Source of the DNA: Paraspadella gotoi
Lineage: Eukaryota; Animalia; Chaetognatha
Assembly (NCBI GenBank): GCA_051294375.1
Contig: CM119264.1
Location: 8,257,523 to 8,321,522 of the forward strand
Reading direction: 5' to 3'
Length of the DNA stretch: 64,000 nucleotides
Numbering within the stretch: the stretch's first letter is position 1; each line of letters starts with the position of its first letter. Below, piece after piece: positions 34,401 to 49,109 of this stretch. The notes beneath the pieces were generated by a model that made no database searches, had not been told where the DNA came from, and saw only the letters and a program-made list of their open reading frames with translations. A program made the translations under genes and the position numbers.

Positions 34401-37400
34401 TTGCGTCTTGCTCGTTCAGGTTTATATTTATATTTTCATTCTGATTTTCTAAACGATAGCGAAAATGCTTAACTGTTACTAAAATGTGGTCATAATTATT
34501 TCATTAGTTTATAAGATCATGGACGATTATATTCATTTCAAAATAACATTTATGAAAATGCATGTACAGTAACAGAAACAAGGTTAACGTTTAAATCATT
34601 AAAACAGGAAAAAAAAAAAAAACGGGTATACTAGTAACAAAAAATGAGAATGAGATTTAAAATAAACAGAAATAAAAAGTTTCGTTGACATAATTTTTTT
34701 ATATGCTATTGAAAGCCATAAATCTAAATAAAACGAAATAAAACTTTGTCAGACCACCTTTTCCATAATCCTGTCACAGAAATATTTGTTAAGATTTGAT
34801 TATAGCTTACTTAAAAAAATATGCATGCGAGATAAATTCATAAGATTAAAATTTGATCGCGAATTATAATTTTTTGTCCTCTATTTTACTAATTTCTATC
34901 GATAATTGATTATTTTGTGTACATCCACATTTGCTTCATCACTTTATAACTGAATTTCACTCTAGTTATTCAAAAATATTTTTTATAAAAATACGACTTC
35001 CATTCGCCGTGTTTTTGAAAAACAAGATATTTCTTTTGTTTAATTTTATGTGTCTTCTACTTTTGTTATTATTGTATCGTTAAATTGACTAACATTTAAA
35101 CGATTACATGTATATAATTACATTAACGAACTTGTCATTGCGTCTCATAATAACCTCGAAATGTTTACAGTTTTGGGCGCGACAATAAATCTCTAGTGGA
35201 ATCGAGGGTGAAACTCCTCTCAGGCTTTTCCGCTTCGCAAGGTTTTAACCGTATTTCTATTTTCTAACTCTAAAAGATCCTAATCATTTATCAATAATGT
35301 TTACCCATAGGTCACACTCAAATTTTAAATTACCTCCTTAATAAGGGTGCGAAAGTAAACCCAGCTGAAGAAGTCGCAGAAAGGTATATGGTAAAAATTT
35401 AATAACTTATAAATAATTATAATTATATATCTTTTTTTTAAAGGTACAAACTGAACGAATTAAATCCCCTTATACATGAAGCCGTTATTGGTGATCATAA
35501 CAGAATCAGTCAAAAAAATTCTTGAGGTTAGACGGTCAAAATAATTAATAAGTAATTTATGAGAATTTTACTTTTACTAAGCAAAGATAAGGGAGATTTA
35601 AATTATGCCATTTTTAATTTTCTAACTAGCTGATTAGCACCCAAAAATAATGTACACGGCATATATCAAATCTTAAATAAAATTAAAAATTCATATCGCA
35701 AATTCACAATAGATTAAAAAAAGTTATCAATATGTTTATATTTTAGTATGGAGGTGATGCAATTTTTTTTGATTTGAGTATTGGACTTCCGCTTTCTGTA
35801 GCGGCCAACAAAGGGACAAAAGATATAGCCTTACTGCTATTACTTTATGGATCCAAGGTGAGTGTGTTTTTGATATAAATTATCGTATTCTACCAAAAAA
35901 ATTATTAATCAATCAATCAATTATCAATCAATTGTAGCCTTAATAATGCAATTCGTGAGATATTTGTTGGCATAGATGGGAAGCATCAGAAACCTTAGAA
36001 AATTTTTTGGTTACCCTGTCATTTATAATATTTTCAAAATTAGTCCAATGAACGATTCATGAAATGTTTAACTTTGACTATGTCTTATTTCTATAAAATA
36101 TAGAAATGATAACGATATCTTGATATGAAATAAAATTCTCATAAATTGAAAACATATTTTAAAAACATTCTTACTGTTTTTTGTTATGTTTGTAGAACTT
36201 AATACGTTAAAAATATTGTATGAAAAACTTTTCTTCCCATTTTTGTTTCGTATTTGCATATGAGTTGATTGTTATAAAAAATTAATTCTATTATAAAAAT
36301 TATCAAAAAATCTTTTAGCTTCAAGCTTCGTCTCCGAGTTTTAAGTATCTGTCAGAACCAGACGAATGCAAAAATATGACTGCCCTACATTTTGCAGCTT
36401 AAACAGAGGCACCCAGGTAATTTAATAATAATAATAAGGGTATAATTTTATCGTTGTCATGAAAGTAGGAAATCAGTTTTACTCCGCGATTATTGATTAT
36501 TTTATATATTAATATATAATATATAATCAAGTTTTGAATTGTGCAACGAATTTTAATTTTTATTTTTTTGCACAATTCAAAAACTTTTATTTTCTTTAAC
36601 TCGTAAACAACGAAAAAGAAAGGATTTTCATTTTTAAAATTTCTGTCCAGCGCCTCAGTTTCTCATTGATTGAAATTATCCTCTTAAGAATTGAATGTAA
36701 ATTATTCTCTCGGTTTTCGTCGCTTTTGAGAGTTGAAAAAAAAAAACAACAGAGTTTTTGATTGTTTTTGGAAAAATGGTTTTTTTTTAAATAAAAATAC
36801 GGATCGTAAGACCAGAATTTGTCGAGTTTAAATTTTCTTTAAAATGACCTAAATTGTACCTTCAAATCCAATTCCCATTGTAAAGGGGTTTTTTTTTTTG
36901 TTTTTCATAATTTTGAATTTACTTTTAATTCTCAGAAATCTTCGTAACTTCTCTTGGGAATTTGGGGCAAACTTGTGGTAAAAAACGGAGTGGGAAAAAT
37001 ATCCAAAAGACTTGCTTCGTCGAAACAAGCGCCTCCTGGAAAGAGGACAAAAGATTTTTGGAGCAAGGAAAAAAATCTGCAGATTTTTAATTTTAAATCT
37101 AAACTATGTCATGATATTCTTTGCTTTTATGAAAGTCACCCACGTTGTTTATAAATCATATGTAGATTTACGCTTAGAGAAAATGTGGTGCGAACTATAT
37201 TTCGTTTCTAAAATTGTTAAAACCTCCACCAAGGTTGAAAAATATTTATGTTGCCAGTTGATACAAAAATCATCAATTAGAATTATGGAACTAACTAAAA
37301 GTTCTAAAAATGTAATAGAAGCGTTGAAAACTGTTTTATATTAAAAATAAAATGGCTATCATAAACAAGTTTGAGCAAACAATGTCGGATCTGCCCACGA

Positions 37401-40400
37401 TCATTATCGGTAATTAATTAATTAGTTAATTAAAATTTCAGAGCTATTTCAAGATGGAGAAGCATATCTAAATTTTTAACTTACTATATCGCACACTTTT
37501 ATAAAAATTCATAATAATTTTTATTTAAAAAAAAAGGTAAGTCCCAGCCAAAACTATAAAGCGTAGTAGTTTTTATATTATTTAATTATTAATATTAATT
37601 TTTTCAAGTTAATTATTTAATTAATATGCAATTAATTAATTAATTTGATCAAAAATTTTGCTTTGTTGATTAATTAATTGATTAATTTATTGATTAATTA
37701 GTTGACTAATATGATTAATTAACTATTAATTTTTTTATTAATTAATTACATCTTGAATTTACATTTAAAATAAAAAGAACAAGAAGCATAATCAATTAGT
37801 GAAACAGGTTCTTTGTTTTTTCCATTTAAAACTTATTTCCACTCAAACGATTCCATCGAAACTTGATTTTCCAGTTTAATCACACCCAATTTCTACCCAA
37901 ATACCAAAATTTCAAGTTATATATATATATTATATATATATATATTATATATAATTATATTAATCCGTTCCATTAGGATTGTACCCACGTAGGATTGCGC
38001 CCAGAAAATTGGCGCCCACAGCATGCCCACACTTATAATTCACCGCAGATTGTGCCCATGTGGGCGCAATTCTACGTGGGCGGAATCCTACAGGGCGGAA
38101 TCCCATGTGGGCGCAATCTTCCGTGGGCGGAATACTATGGGTGCAATTGTATGTGGGCGCAATCTACGTGGGTGCAATCCAAGGGGCGCAATTTTACCGG
38201 GGCCCAATATACGTGGGTACAATCCTGCTACCACCATATAATTAATATGAATCATCACCCCAACTTGAGAAAAATGTTTTTCGCTTTTTTTTTGTATTCG
38301 AATTATGACTATGACATCCTTTTAGGCTTTTCTCTTTCAATAATATCTCAATATCTTGAATAATATAGGTGTATGTAAATATCAAAGAATAAAGAATTGT
38401 AAGTGTAAATTTAATAGGTAAGAGTTTTTTAATAATTTTTGTGAGATTAGATAATTACAATTTTTCATTTTTTATTTTTAACTAGCTGTCATAAAATTGA
38501 GGTGTTGACACCTCTCTGGTCGAGGGAGTCTCAAGGAATTGGCGTCTCGCCTGAGTTTTAGTTTTGTACGTGTTTAAAAAAATGATTTTGGTTTGCTCTC
38601 ACATAATTTTATATTTTTACAGATACGAAGAAGACATTGTCCCCATGGGCTTGACTTCCCCTGCTTTTCGCTCAGGCGAGGATGAGAGAGTTGCTGGGGC
38701 CCTCATTCGCCAAACTTCCTTGGGAATCGAGGGTTCTGGCCACTCCTCACCAAAGGAGGCCTTCGGTCGGAGGCGGTAAGCCAATGACAATGGGAAGACT
38801 AGTGTTCCGATAACGGTTATTAACGGTTAATTATAATTTTTAACTTAACCGTTAATGGTATTATTTTAACAGTTAAATTCGGTAATTTTTCAAATACGAT
38901 TTTGATATTATTTGTTAGGAAATTCTTGATTTTTTGAAAGAAAAGTATTTTTTTCCTGTCCTCTCTTATTCTCCTCTCCTTTCTCACCATATTTTCCCCT
39001 TCTCTCTCTTCTCCATTTTTTCAATGTTTTTTTTTTTTATTATCATCCAATCTTTTTTCTATCCTAATCTCTCTATTCCTTTCTATCCCCTAACTTTATA
39101 CCCTTCTTTTCTTCTCTCTTTTCCCTCCTTCTTTCCCCCTTTCTTTTCTCTTCTTTTTTCTGCCCCTTCCAGTATTTTTTTTACTTTTCTCCTCCCAATT
39201 TTTTTTTCTAGTTTTTCCTTTCAACTAATTTTTATGCATTTACATCTTAGAAAAAAAAGTTTGAATTAATTGACAATACGATTTATTTTCAGATGAAAAC
39301 GTACATGTTTCGGCGTTTTTTACCAAGCCTTCTTCAGCGTCAATTTAGTTAGTGAAAATATTAGACAGATTTTGTGTAGAAGAAGAGAGAGAGAGAGGAG
39401 AGAGGGCCAAAGTATCTCTGTTCTCTCTCTCCCCATCTTCTATACAAATTTCTATCTAATAATTTCACAATCTAAAATGACGCTGAAGAAGGCTTATAAA
39501 AATCTTAAAACAATAGGATCGAGCCTCCCTTCAATGATAACCAAATATTGATGCGATGAATAACCAATGATTGATGCGATGATAACCAAATATTGATGCG
39601 ATGATAACCAATAATTGATGCGATGATAACCCAATGATCGATGTGATGATAACCAAATGATTGAAGTGATAAAAACCAATGTTTTATTCTATGATAGTCA
39701 TTCATTGATGTGATGATAATCATTCGAGTGTTACGATGATTGTCATTCATTGATGCGATGATAGTCATTCATTGACGCAATGAATCATTCATCATAAAAT
39801 AAAACAAACAATGCGTGTATGAGTGAAAAAGAGGGAGAGAGAGAGAGAAAGAAAGAGAGAGAGAAAGAAAGAGAATAAATCCACGAAATCTCGGGATGTA
39901 ATATTTGGGATTTTGCATTGAGAAAAAGCTCGGAATATAATGGCAATAATAAAAGTTTATAAAAGGAAAAAAATAATCAAAAAAAAAAATTTTTCCAAAA
40001 AAAACGATCACGCAAAGAGATCGTACAGAGAGAGAGAGAGAGACAGAAAGAGAGAGACAGACAGAGACAGAGCTGGACAGTCGCTGGAAGGAGCTGAACA
40101 GTCACGGCAGACCTGAACTCGTTTTTTAAAGGTTCAGAAAAGGCAGCAACTGACAAAAATAGGAAGAAAAAAATCTATATATAATTAAAGAAATAAAATG
40201 AAAGGGAAAAAAAATGTTACAATTGTTTACAATTGAACATTTTACAATTTTTTTTAATCATAGCTTGTAAAAAGATTTTATTTTTATTTATATTAAAATA
40301 AGATGTAGCTTTCTCATTTAAAAAGTTCTTTTGATTTCACGTGTTTTTTATTAATTCAAAGATTTGTTTATGAATTTTATCTTCCAATATTATTTACCTG

Positions 40401-41870
40401 CAATATGTAAATTAGATTAATCATTTCTATATACTAATTTGGATATCATAATGAGTTACTATATCTCATTTGCATATTGCAGTCAATCATAATGAGTGGA
40501 AATTTTAAAACAAAAAATACTTGAATCCAAATGTAATAATGAAAAATTTCAGAGCTATTTCAAGATGAGAAGCCATATGGCATATCTAAATTTTTTAACT
40601 TACTATATGATCGCACACTTTTATGAAAAAATTCATTTGGTAATTGAATATATAATTTTCATTTAAAAAAAAGGTAAGTCCCAAGCCAAACTATAAAAGC
40701 GTAAGTAGTTTTTATAAAAAAATGCGTGACGCTGCCGACGACACGACGACGACGACACGACGACTCGGCACAAAGAAGCTCGACCCGAATCAATTTTGAG
40801 CCTGAACCCGGCTTCGCCGGTAGGCTCGATAAATAGCCGAAACATGTACGTTTTTATCTGAAACGTCTACAACTCGTAAAATCTTGATCTCAGTTCATAG
40901 ATTCGTGAATATGGTCGTTAAGTCGTTGACAAATTCGATGTTCGACTCGGATAAAAGTCATATGATTTGAATCAAGTCTTATCGAACCACGTTTTTTAGG
41001 AATCCCCGTAGCATGAAGCTCACTCTCTCAGATACGAAAGATGGGTATTGGAAACTGCATCGCAACCGCGCGCAATCGTGATTACGAGAAAAACAATGGC
41101 ATGCGCACCAATCGTAAGGGGATTTCATGAAAAGTGAGGGATTCATGAGCGAATGAGGATGATGATAAGGATGAAGGAGGAGGAGATCCCGAGGGATTTT
41201 GGCATTGGAGGGGGCGGTGACGCGGGGGTAAACCAAAGGCGGTGAGGGGGTGGCACGGCGAAGAAGGGAGACTCAGACTGATCCTTTGTTAATCTTTGTT
41301 TTGACTTTCTTTCTTTCTTTCTTTTCTTTATCTCAAAATTTTCAAACATCTGGGACTCCTTCACTTCACTTCACCGCACCGCACTCGGTCGTCATCAACA
41401 TCGTCAACGATCATAAAAATGAACACCACATCCATGTCTCTTTTCCCTTTTTTTTGCTTTTTGCATGGGGTTGGCTGGCGTCGTGGACCCACCAAAAAGG
41501 TCCATTTTTTTTACTACTAGGTAAATGATTTTTTTTTCGTTTGAAAAAAAAAATCTCGAATATAAACCTTTCAATCTATTTTATTTTTCATCTTCAATAA
41601 TAAAATGGGCAACGACGACGACAACGAGGGCGACAACCCCATGGACCACCATTTCATAAGAACATCTTCGCCGGCAACAAGAACAAAAACAAGATTTTCG
41701 ATGGCAGCACCAGCAATGGCACAACAACAGCAAGAACAACAACTCCGTTTGCAACCAATAATCGAATCAACTGCATCAGTGCTTAATGATAAACAATAAT
41801 AAATTAATCAATATACATTAATTATTAAATTAAAAAAAATTGTTTCAATATTTGCGTATAAGACAACGAC
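30858..41870 (+). repeat. Second, indel-rich copy of ~19222-30840 (5' IQCA1 exons, whole ASB gene, hammerhead at ~39296-39342)
   Basis: Collinear near-identity starting at acattatttaccacttcgattttg (19222 vs 30858) and ending at atatttgcgtata.gacaacgac; frameshifting single-base indels throughout. Confidence 0.92.
32388..37261 (+). pseudogene. Frameshifted duplicate of the ASB gene (probably a sequencing-error copy)
   Basis: All ASB exons are present in order but with many 1-nt indels. Confidence 0.6.
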
Positions 41871-42345
41871 TTTCAATTCAAAGAACCACAACAAAGATAN
41901 NNNNNNNNNNNNNNNNNNNNNNNNGAATCTTCCACATCCACAAGGTGATTTAATGATAAACAATTAATAAATTAATCAATAAATAAATTAATACATTAAT
42001 TATTTAATTATAAAAAATTGTTTTTAATATCTGCATATAGGGAAAAGTCTCCAGCAGTCCCAAGAAACACAACAACAACAACAAGACACTCAAATGTAGA
42101 GCCTTCTACATCAACATCCACAAGGTGATTCAATAATAAACAATTAATAAATTAATCAAATAAATAAATCAATTATTTAATTATGTAAATAAGTAAGTAA
42201 ACAAAATTATTTTTTCAACTTACAGGTTGAAAACAAGCCAAACAATGAGAACAACAACAACAATGGCGGCATCAGACACAACCCAAGAGACAAACACATC
42301 AGACATAAAGTGATTTAATGATAAACAAATTAATAAATTAATTAA
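41605..42345 (+). other. Possible low-complexity Asn/Thr/Asp-rich gene built from repeated exon-intron units (first exon also at 30570-30743)
   Basis: Short C/A-rich segments are each followed by a similar intron-like start (gtgatttaatgataaacaattaataaattaatc at about 41945, 42125, 42310) and preceded by ag acceptors. Confidence 0.35.
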
Positions 42346-45300
42346 GGAAATACAAATAAAAAAAATGTTTTTCAATTTTCAATTTTTTTTTTCAGTCNNN
42401 NNNNNNNNNNNNNNNNNNNNNNTCTCGATTCAATTATCAATCTACCGAAACATTCGTCAATTTCCGATAGTTTGGAAGTGTGAGAAAACCTCGATCTTGA
42501 TCCAAAAAAACCCTATTATGGTTATTTCATCATTTTTCATCTTTTTTGAAATTCACAAAAAAGTTTGTGTGAAACTTTAACATCTAATTTTTCCAAATAT
42601 TTTCAAGGCTTGTGCATTTGAGCTTTGAGCAAGATATTTGTAGTATTAATCTCCAATTTTCGATACGTTTGTTTTATTAAATTGAATGTTTTGAATTAAG
42701 TTTTTGATATTTTTAGAGATAGATATGGTTCTATGACAGTCATAAAGGTACGGAGAGTTCTATGACAAGTTTCATTGATGCATATGGATTACCTCACCTC
42801 TCCCAAAATATTAATGAGTTCTTTTCAAGATTTTGTTTGACTGATCTATACTCGGCACCATCTATCTTTTAAAAAGACAATTATTTAAATTGAAATCTTA
42901 TATAAAAACAAAAAACTTTAAAAAACTTAATTATTAAAAAACTAAAAAAAAGCCCATCTTAAAATAAAATACAAACTAAAACAAAATAAAAATAAGGGCT
43001 GGATGAACAAGGGGCGCAAATTATAACATGTAAAGAAATAATTCTGGGTAAAACATGTAAAAACATTTGCATAATCTGGGATATATGTAAAATGCTATCT
43101 ATATCTGGAATATGAAGTAAAAAACAATATTCAATATTCTGGTAAATATTTCAGTAGGATAAAGAAAATGGTTAATTTTTCAATAATTCTTGCAGACATA
43201 TATGAGATGTAACATTATCTCTCAAAATAATGAAAAATTAGAGAAGAATGTGTCCGTGCAAAAAAGAAAAATACAATGCAAAAAAGAAAATTACAATGCA
43301 AAAAGAAAAATACAATTGCAAAAGAAAAAATACACGCAAAAGAAAAAGCCAAAAGAACATCAGAAATTTGTTATGGCTATTACTAAGACTATAAGACACA
43401 AATTTTAGAGAAAATGTGCTCAACACAAACGCTTTTAATTCGAAAATACGCAATAAAAAAAAATAAAAGAACATTTGTGCTCTACCCTGTATAAATTATT
43501 ATAATATTCATATACATTTACAATTAGATTAAAAATTATATATTTAGGGTTAGTTTAGGGGGACAGGGTGAATAAATGTAAATATTTAATCTAAATGTAA
43601 ATGTATATTTAAAATTGAGAAAAAAACGATCAGAGAGCAATGTTTTCAGCTTCAGAATAAAGAAGGAAGTGGAAAGAGGTAAGAGGGATAGGGAATGCAT
43701 TACTATTAAAAAAAAAAAAAAAGTAATGGTGGATTCAAAAAACTCATTCGAGAGAAAAATGTGATATAACATGATACTCGTGGTAAAATACTTGTGTCGG
43801 TCAAAAAGTAAAAAAAATATTATCCAACAAATTACAAGATTTATCCATTGATGAAGTAATACTTTTTTACTTTCTTTTCTTCTTTCTTTACTTGGGTCAA
43901 AGCTTTATCCAATTGATGGTAAATTATAAGGGAATTTATTTAATCCGTTTAATCAATTAAAAATTTTAATTTTCCCTGTTAAAAATCATTCTAGAATCTT
44001 TTTTTGTTTTTTTCGATCATTAGGATCAAAACTGTCTGGCAAATTTGCTAAATACGTTTTTATTTCTGGATAAATAATTGGATAAATCTTGTCTTATGAG
44101 TAAATAGAAAAACAACTAAAATAAAAAAAAACCCCTTATTTTATTCTTATTCGCTCACCTTAACAAAAGTAAAAATAAATAAAAAAACCCCTCTAACCTA
44201 AACCCAATCCGCCCGCCAAACTCATCCTCCCCACCTCTTCCTCCTCGAAAACGTGGCCCAACGGGCGACGGCGGTCGTCGGACTCCGCCTCCGCCACGCC
44301 GTCCGCCGCCACAGGCTTTGCGTTGCCTCCGCCGCCTCGCGACGCCGCCGCTCCCGCGCTCTCCCCGCCGCCGCTTCGCCCTTTGATAGTGACGAGGAGG
44401 ACGAGAAGAGGAGGAAGACGGCGGCGCCCTCCGACTCCCGCTTGAGATGAGATGCTGTGGAGTAAAACAATTTAAAGTTTATGAGAGAATTTAAACTGAA
44501 AAACGAGAATGGAAAAGGAAGGGACAAGGAAAGAGCAAAAACGTAAGCCATAGAGAGGTAATAGAGAGTAAAGAGGAGTATGGGTAGGGAATGAAGAAAA
44601 AGAATGAAGAATGAGTTAAGGAGAAATGAGAAAGAATCATTATCATCTCGATTGACGCGGTTTATACTTATTTTTAACCAGGGTAAACTTTACACACGAA
44701 CTCGATGAAGCTTACTTAATCGAATTTATCCGATCTCCGCGCTCACCTCCGGTCTCGTCGCCGCCTCCGCCTTCGCCGTCCGTTTTTAGAGAAACAAAAG
44801 TAATTGTATTTAGAATCAATTAAAAAAATATTTAATTTATCTTGTACACATAAAAAAAATATTAGTAAAATTCTTTACAAGATGACGCATGTCGGCACGC
44901 ACAATGACCAAGACGAAAAGCAACGATCCGATAAACGCGCTGACATAAAATAAATATAAAAAGGAATTGGTTAGTAAAACGAAAATTGACAACTGAACAC
45001 TACGTTCCTTACTGGAATCAGATCCCGTTTGGTAAAATAATTTGAAAACCACCATTGCGTGGTTGGATTCCAAGCTCTGTAGATAGTTTGGTTTTCAAAG
45101 TATTAGATAAATATTTTTCTATACACTTACTAGTTATAGTTAACTTACTGTCTGTGCGTGTTGAGTGACCGGCGTCGGACTTGGCGCTCCCTCTTGTCGC
45201 CGTTTATACCTGTCTTCGTGGTCGTTGGTCGGACTTGTCTTCGTCGTTGTCCTCGGTCTCCCATTCCTTGTATCATTGGCGCTTTCCGCTCACAGGTTTT

Positions 45301-45689
45301 TGCAATTAGATGTAAAATATTGATATATTTAGGGTTTATGAGTGTAGGGGACGAGTTAATAATAATAGAATTTAATCAAAATGAGTAATAATGTTATATG
45401 TATCCAGATGCGAACGAGAATAGAGGAAGCGAAGAGGAAAGCAGAGGCTGAAGTCTTGGAGAGGAACAACATATGATCAGGATTAAAGGAAGAAAATTAT
45501 CGAATTAATTGATTGTTACTATGTTAACAAATAAATATAGTTAAAAAATTGACGTAACAGGAACTCAGTTATTCGGAGTTGTCTACATTTAGTGAAGTGT
45601 GATGTACCACAAGTCTTATGTAAATGGGACTGAGTAAAAGAGATTGTGTAACGAGTATTAGATAATGTAAAGATTGCTCTACCGACCGA

Positions 45690-46650
45690 TCGAGGACCGA
45701 AGAGAGCACTTTTGCGAAATGGTGTCGAGATAAAACAAAGATCATTAAAGAGGTTGGTTTCGACCAGTTTTCAATTTTTTTTAAGAGAGGAAAAAATTAC
45801 GATTGGAGAAATAATATTTCGATTTTTTAACAGTACGACGGAAAGATGTTCATTCCCTATTTTCCTACATTACGATTGGAAAAGATGGAAACGGACCCCT
45901 GCAGAAATAGCATACGGAATGAGATAGATAGATAGATATGATAGATAGAAGGAGAGGCACAAGAGAGAGATGTGAGAAAGAGGAGAGAGTGGAGAGCTCA
46001 ATATCTATTGCCAAATGTAAACCTTTGGTCTCGCCGCCCAAAGCATCAACCCAATTATGAGGAAGAAGTCCGACTCTTCTCTCTCCTTTTCTCTTTCTCT
46101 CTTCTCTTCTCTCTCTCTCTCTCTCCTTCTCTCTCTCTCTCTCTCTCTCTTCTCTCTGTCTTCTCTCCCTCTTCTTCTTTCCTCTTCTGTACCTATTGAC
46201 CCTCGAATTGAATAAAAAAGGCATAACCGAATGAGGATTGCGAACATACAAAAATCTACTCTACTTTAAAACTGCACAATGCCTGGGGCAGCTATTGGCC
46301 ATATATTGCATCATGGATGTTCTCATATTAATGTCACTTATGATGCGTTCAGACAACTTTGTCACGGATATATGAAAATAGATCCTTTGTACTATTGACC
46401 ATTACCATCCTATGGAGGTAAGATACATGAATATTTACTAGATCGTACTTAACTCTATCATACTTTCTACATTTTTTATCTTCGGCCTCATGTTAAGGTT
46501 TTCGGAGTAGAAAATATTCTGTGAGCGAACAAGAATCGCAGCATTTATTACGCCTTTACGAATGTATCAGAATGGTTTTTCGTTGTAATACCGTAGTGGA
46601 AACGAGATCATAACGAATGCAGAGGATTGAACAGAGAATAGTCAAAAAAT
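45690..46650 (+). pseudogene. Degraded internal PolB fragment (inverted twin at ~52300-53010)
   Basis: Matches about 61635-62320 including the first intron (gtaagatac); interrupted by a GA/TC-rich insert at about 45920-46195. Confidence 0.75.
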
Positions 46651-49109
46651 GTTCGGGATATTGTGACAATCGGGTCGGGATAAGTGGGGATCAAAAAAAA
46701 GAACAAATAAAAAATTAAACGATCTTTTGGGGGGGCAGAAGTGGAAATGGGGGCGTTGTGGGGTGCGGACTCACTGGGGTTGGGAGGTCAAAATCACTGG
46801 CCCAGTGAGGAAGGTGGCAAATGCCAATTTTGCCTTCTTTTAACGACGAAGACTGGTCTCCGTCGTCTAAACTGAAATGTTTTTTTAAAAAATTCCTCCT
46901 TTTCCAAGGGATTAACTTATCACGATCCTCCACCGAATCTCGATTATCTTCGATTTGCGGTGGTGTAAGTCTAATTCCTCTGGAGGTTTTTTTCGTTTTG
47001 TTAAAAAGTTCGCGAGTTTTTTGTTCTTTTCATCCGATTTCTTCCTTCAATTTTTTTCTTTTGTTCTTTCAAATTTATTGTTCTTGTCTCGCGGTAGCGA
47101 GTCTAAGACGCAGTAACGAGCATGTTACTGCGTTCAGCGTCTTTCGATATAGATCACAACCGGTTGATCTGCGGTGCTTGGTTTTCCGACAAAAGGGGCT
47201 CCCAGCCCCCTTTGTCGTTTCCGTGTCGCCGCCGCTTGCGACCGCCACCAAGTTCGTGGATGGTTTGTCGCGCGAATAATTGTTGCCGCGACAGATGTCG
47301 CGGTGATGTGATAGAGGGTGGTGTGATTTTTTTGTGAACGCCCTCGGCGGCCGCCAGCTTGTAGTCGCAACGCTGGCGGGAGCGGCGAGGACGGATTTTT
47401 GTTGACTAGTCTCTGTCTTTTTATATATTAAACAATTTGACATAAGCAAAATAAATGGTGGGCATCCATTTGAAGATCGAGGAAAAAACAAAGCGAGAAC
47501 GGTAAAGAGAGAATACAATTTGGGATGGTAGGAAACAAGGATGAAGAATCGGAGGACTTGGTCGGGGATAAACCGGGGATCAAAGTTGGGATAAAATTTT
47601 GAAAAATGAAAAAACGGAGAATCAAAAAGGATAGACGAGAAAAGAGCAAAAAGCGTAAAGCGAGCGATAGGTAGAGATAATGCATGCGGGGATAGGTGGG
47701 GACAAGGGTGAGAAAATTGGGGAATCGGGTCGGGGATAAGTGAACATTAAAAAGGGAAATGACGAATAACGAGGATGGAATAATAAACTAAAACTACGAT
47801 ATATGTACATGGGGGTGGGGACTCACTGGGTCGGGAGGTAAAATCATGACCCCAGTGAGGAAGTGGCAAATGCAATTTGCCCACATTTTTTAACTGACGA
47901 GACTCTGGTCTCCGTCGCTAAACCATTAAGGTTTTTATAATTTCATCCTTTTCCAGGAGGAAGGTGTCCCGATCCCTCCACCGCGATCTCAATAATTTTC
48001 GATTTGCGGTGGAGGAAGTCTAATTCCTCCTGGAGCGAAATTTTCATTTTTTTGAAAGTATTTCAGTTTTTCTCCTTTCCTTCAGTTCTGTTTTTTAATT
48101 TTTCGTTTCTGTTTTTAAATTGATTTGCTCCTGCCTCGCACTTGCCGAGTCTCAGGCGCAGTAACGAGCAAGTTACTGCGCAGTGTCTTTCGATACAGAT
48201 CAACCGGCTACCGGTTGGATCTGTGGTGCTTGGGGTGACAAAGAGGCTCCACGCCACTTTGTTTTGTTCGCGTCCGCCGCCGCTTGCGACGGCACCAAGT
48301 GGTGCGATCGGTTGTCCGGCGGCGTAAAAAATCTTGGTTATGAGGATAACGTGGGAGGTGGGGTAGGCTTCGGTGTAGGGGGTTTGGGTTGAGGATTGAC
48401 CTCGGCGTCGACGTGAAGATTGACCTCGGCGGCCGCCAGCTTGTGCTCGCAGTGTGCTGGCGGAGCGACGAGGTCGGGTTTTGGTTGTGCATAATTTCTC
48501 CTCCGTTTGAAAATAAGACAGATTTTACATAAGCAAAATGGATCGTGGTCTTTTTCCATTTTGCTTATATAGTTTTCTGATTAGGGAAAAAAAGATTCGA
48601 AATTTATTAAAGGAGTAGGATTAGTTTCGAAATACTAACAATAAAATAAACTAGCGCGTCGAGTAGCCCACAAATTATTGAGGTTCGTTTATTTCATACA
48701 CTTTTTCTAAGATACTTTAAGACGATAATTTCGAGCGCTAAAATGCGAATATGATGCAATGAGGTCCGCAAGTACTCGCAAAATCATTTGTATACAAAAA
48801 TCGTTATAAAAAATTTCATTCAAAATTTTTTTTTTTCTTTTTCTTTTTTCAAGTAATTCGCAATGAGGATTAAGCAAGGAGAATTTCTCAAGAATCAAAA
48901 TAAGTGAGAGACCTCTTTCTTTTAAAAAAACCCGACCAATGATTGCCTCGTCGGTTTGAGGCATCCATTGGCTATGAAAATCGAAAAATCTGGGGGATCG
49001 CCCGGCAAGCGATCCGCGGGGAAACGTTCCTAAATAGAAACGAGAACATTGAGAATCCGTAAGAAAGAATCTTTATCGATAAAGAGAGAATTCATGTTTC
49101 TTTTTTTTT

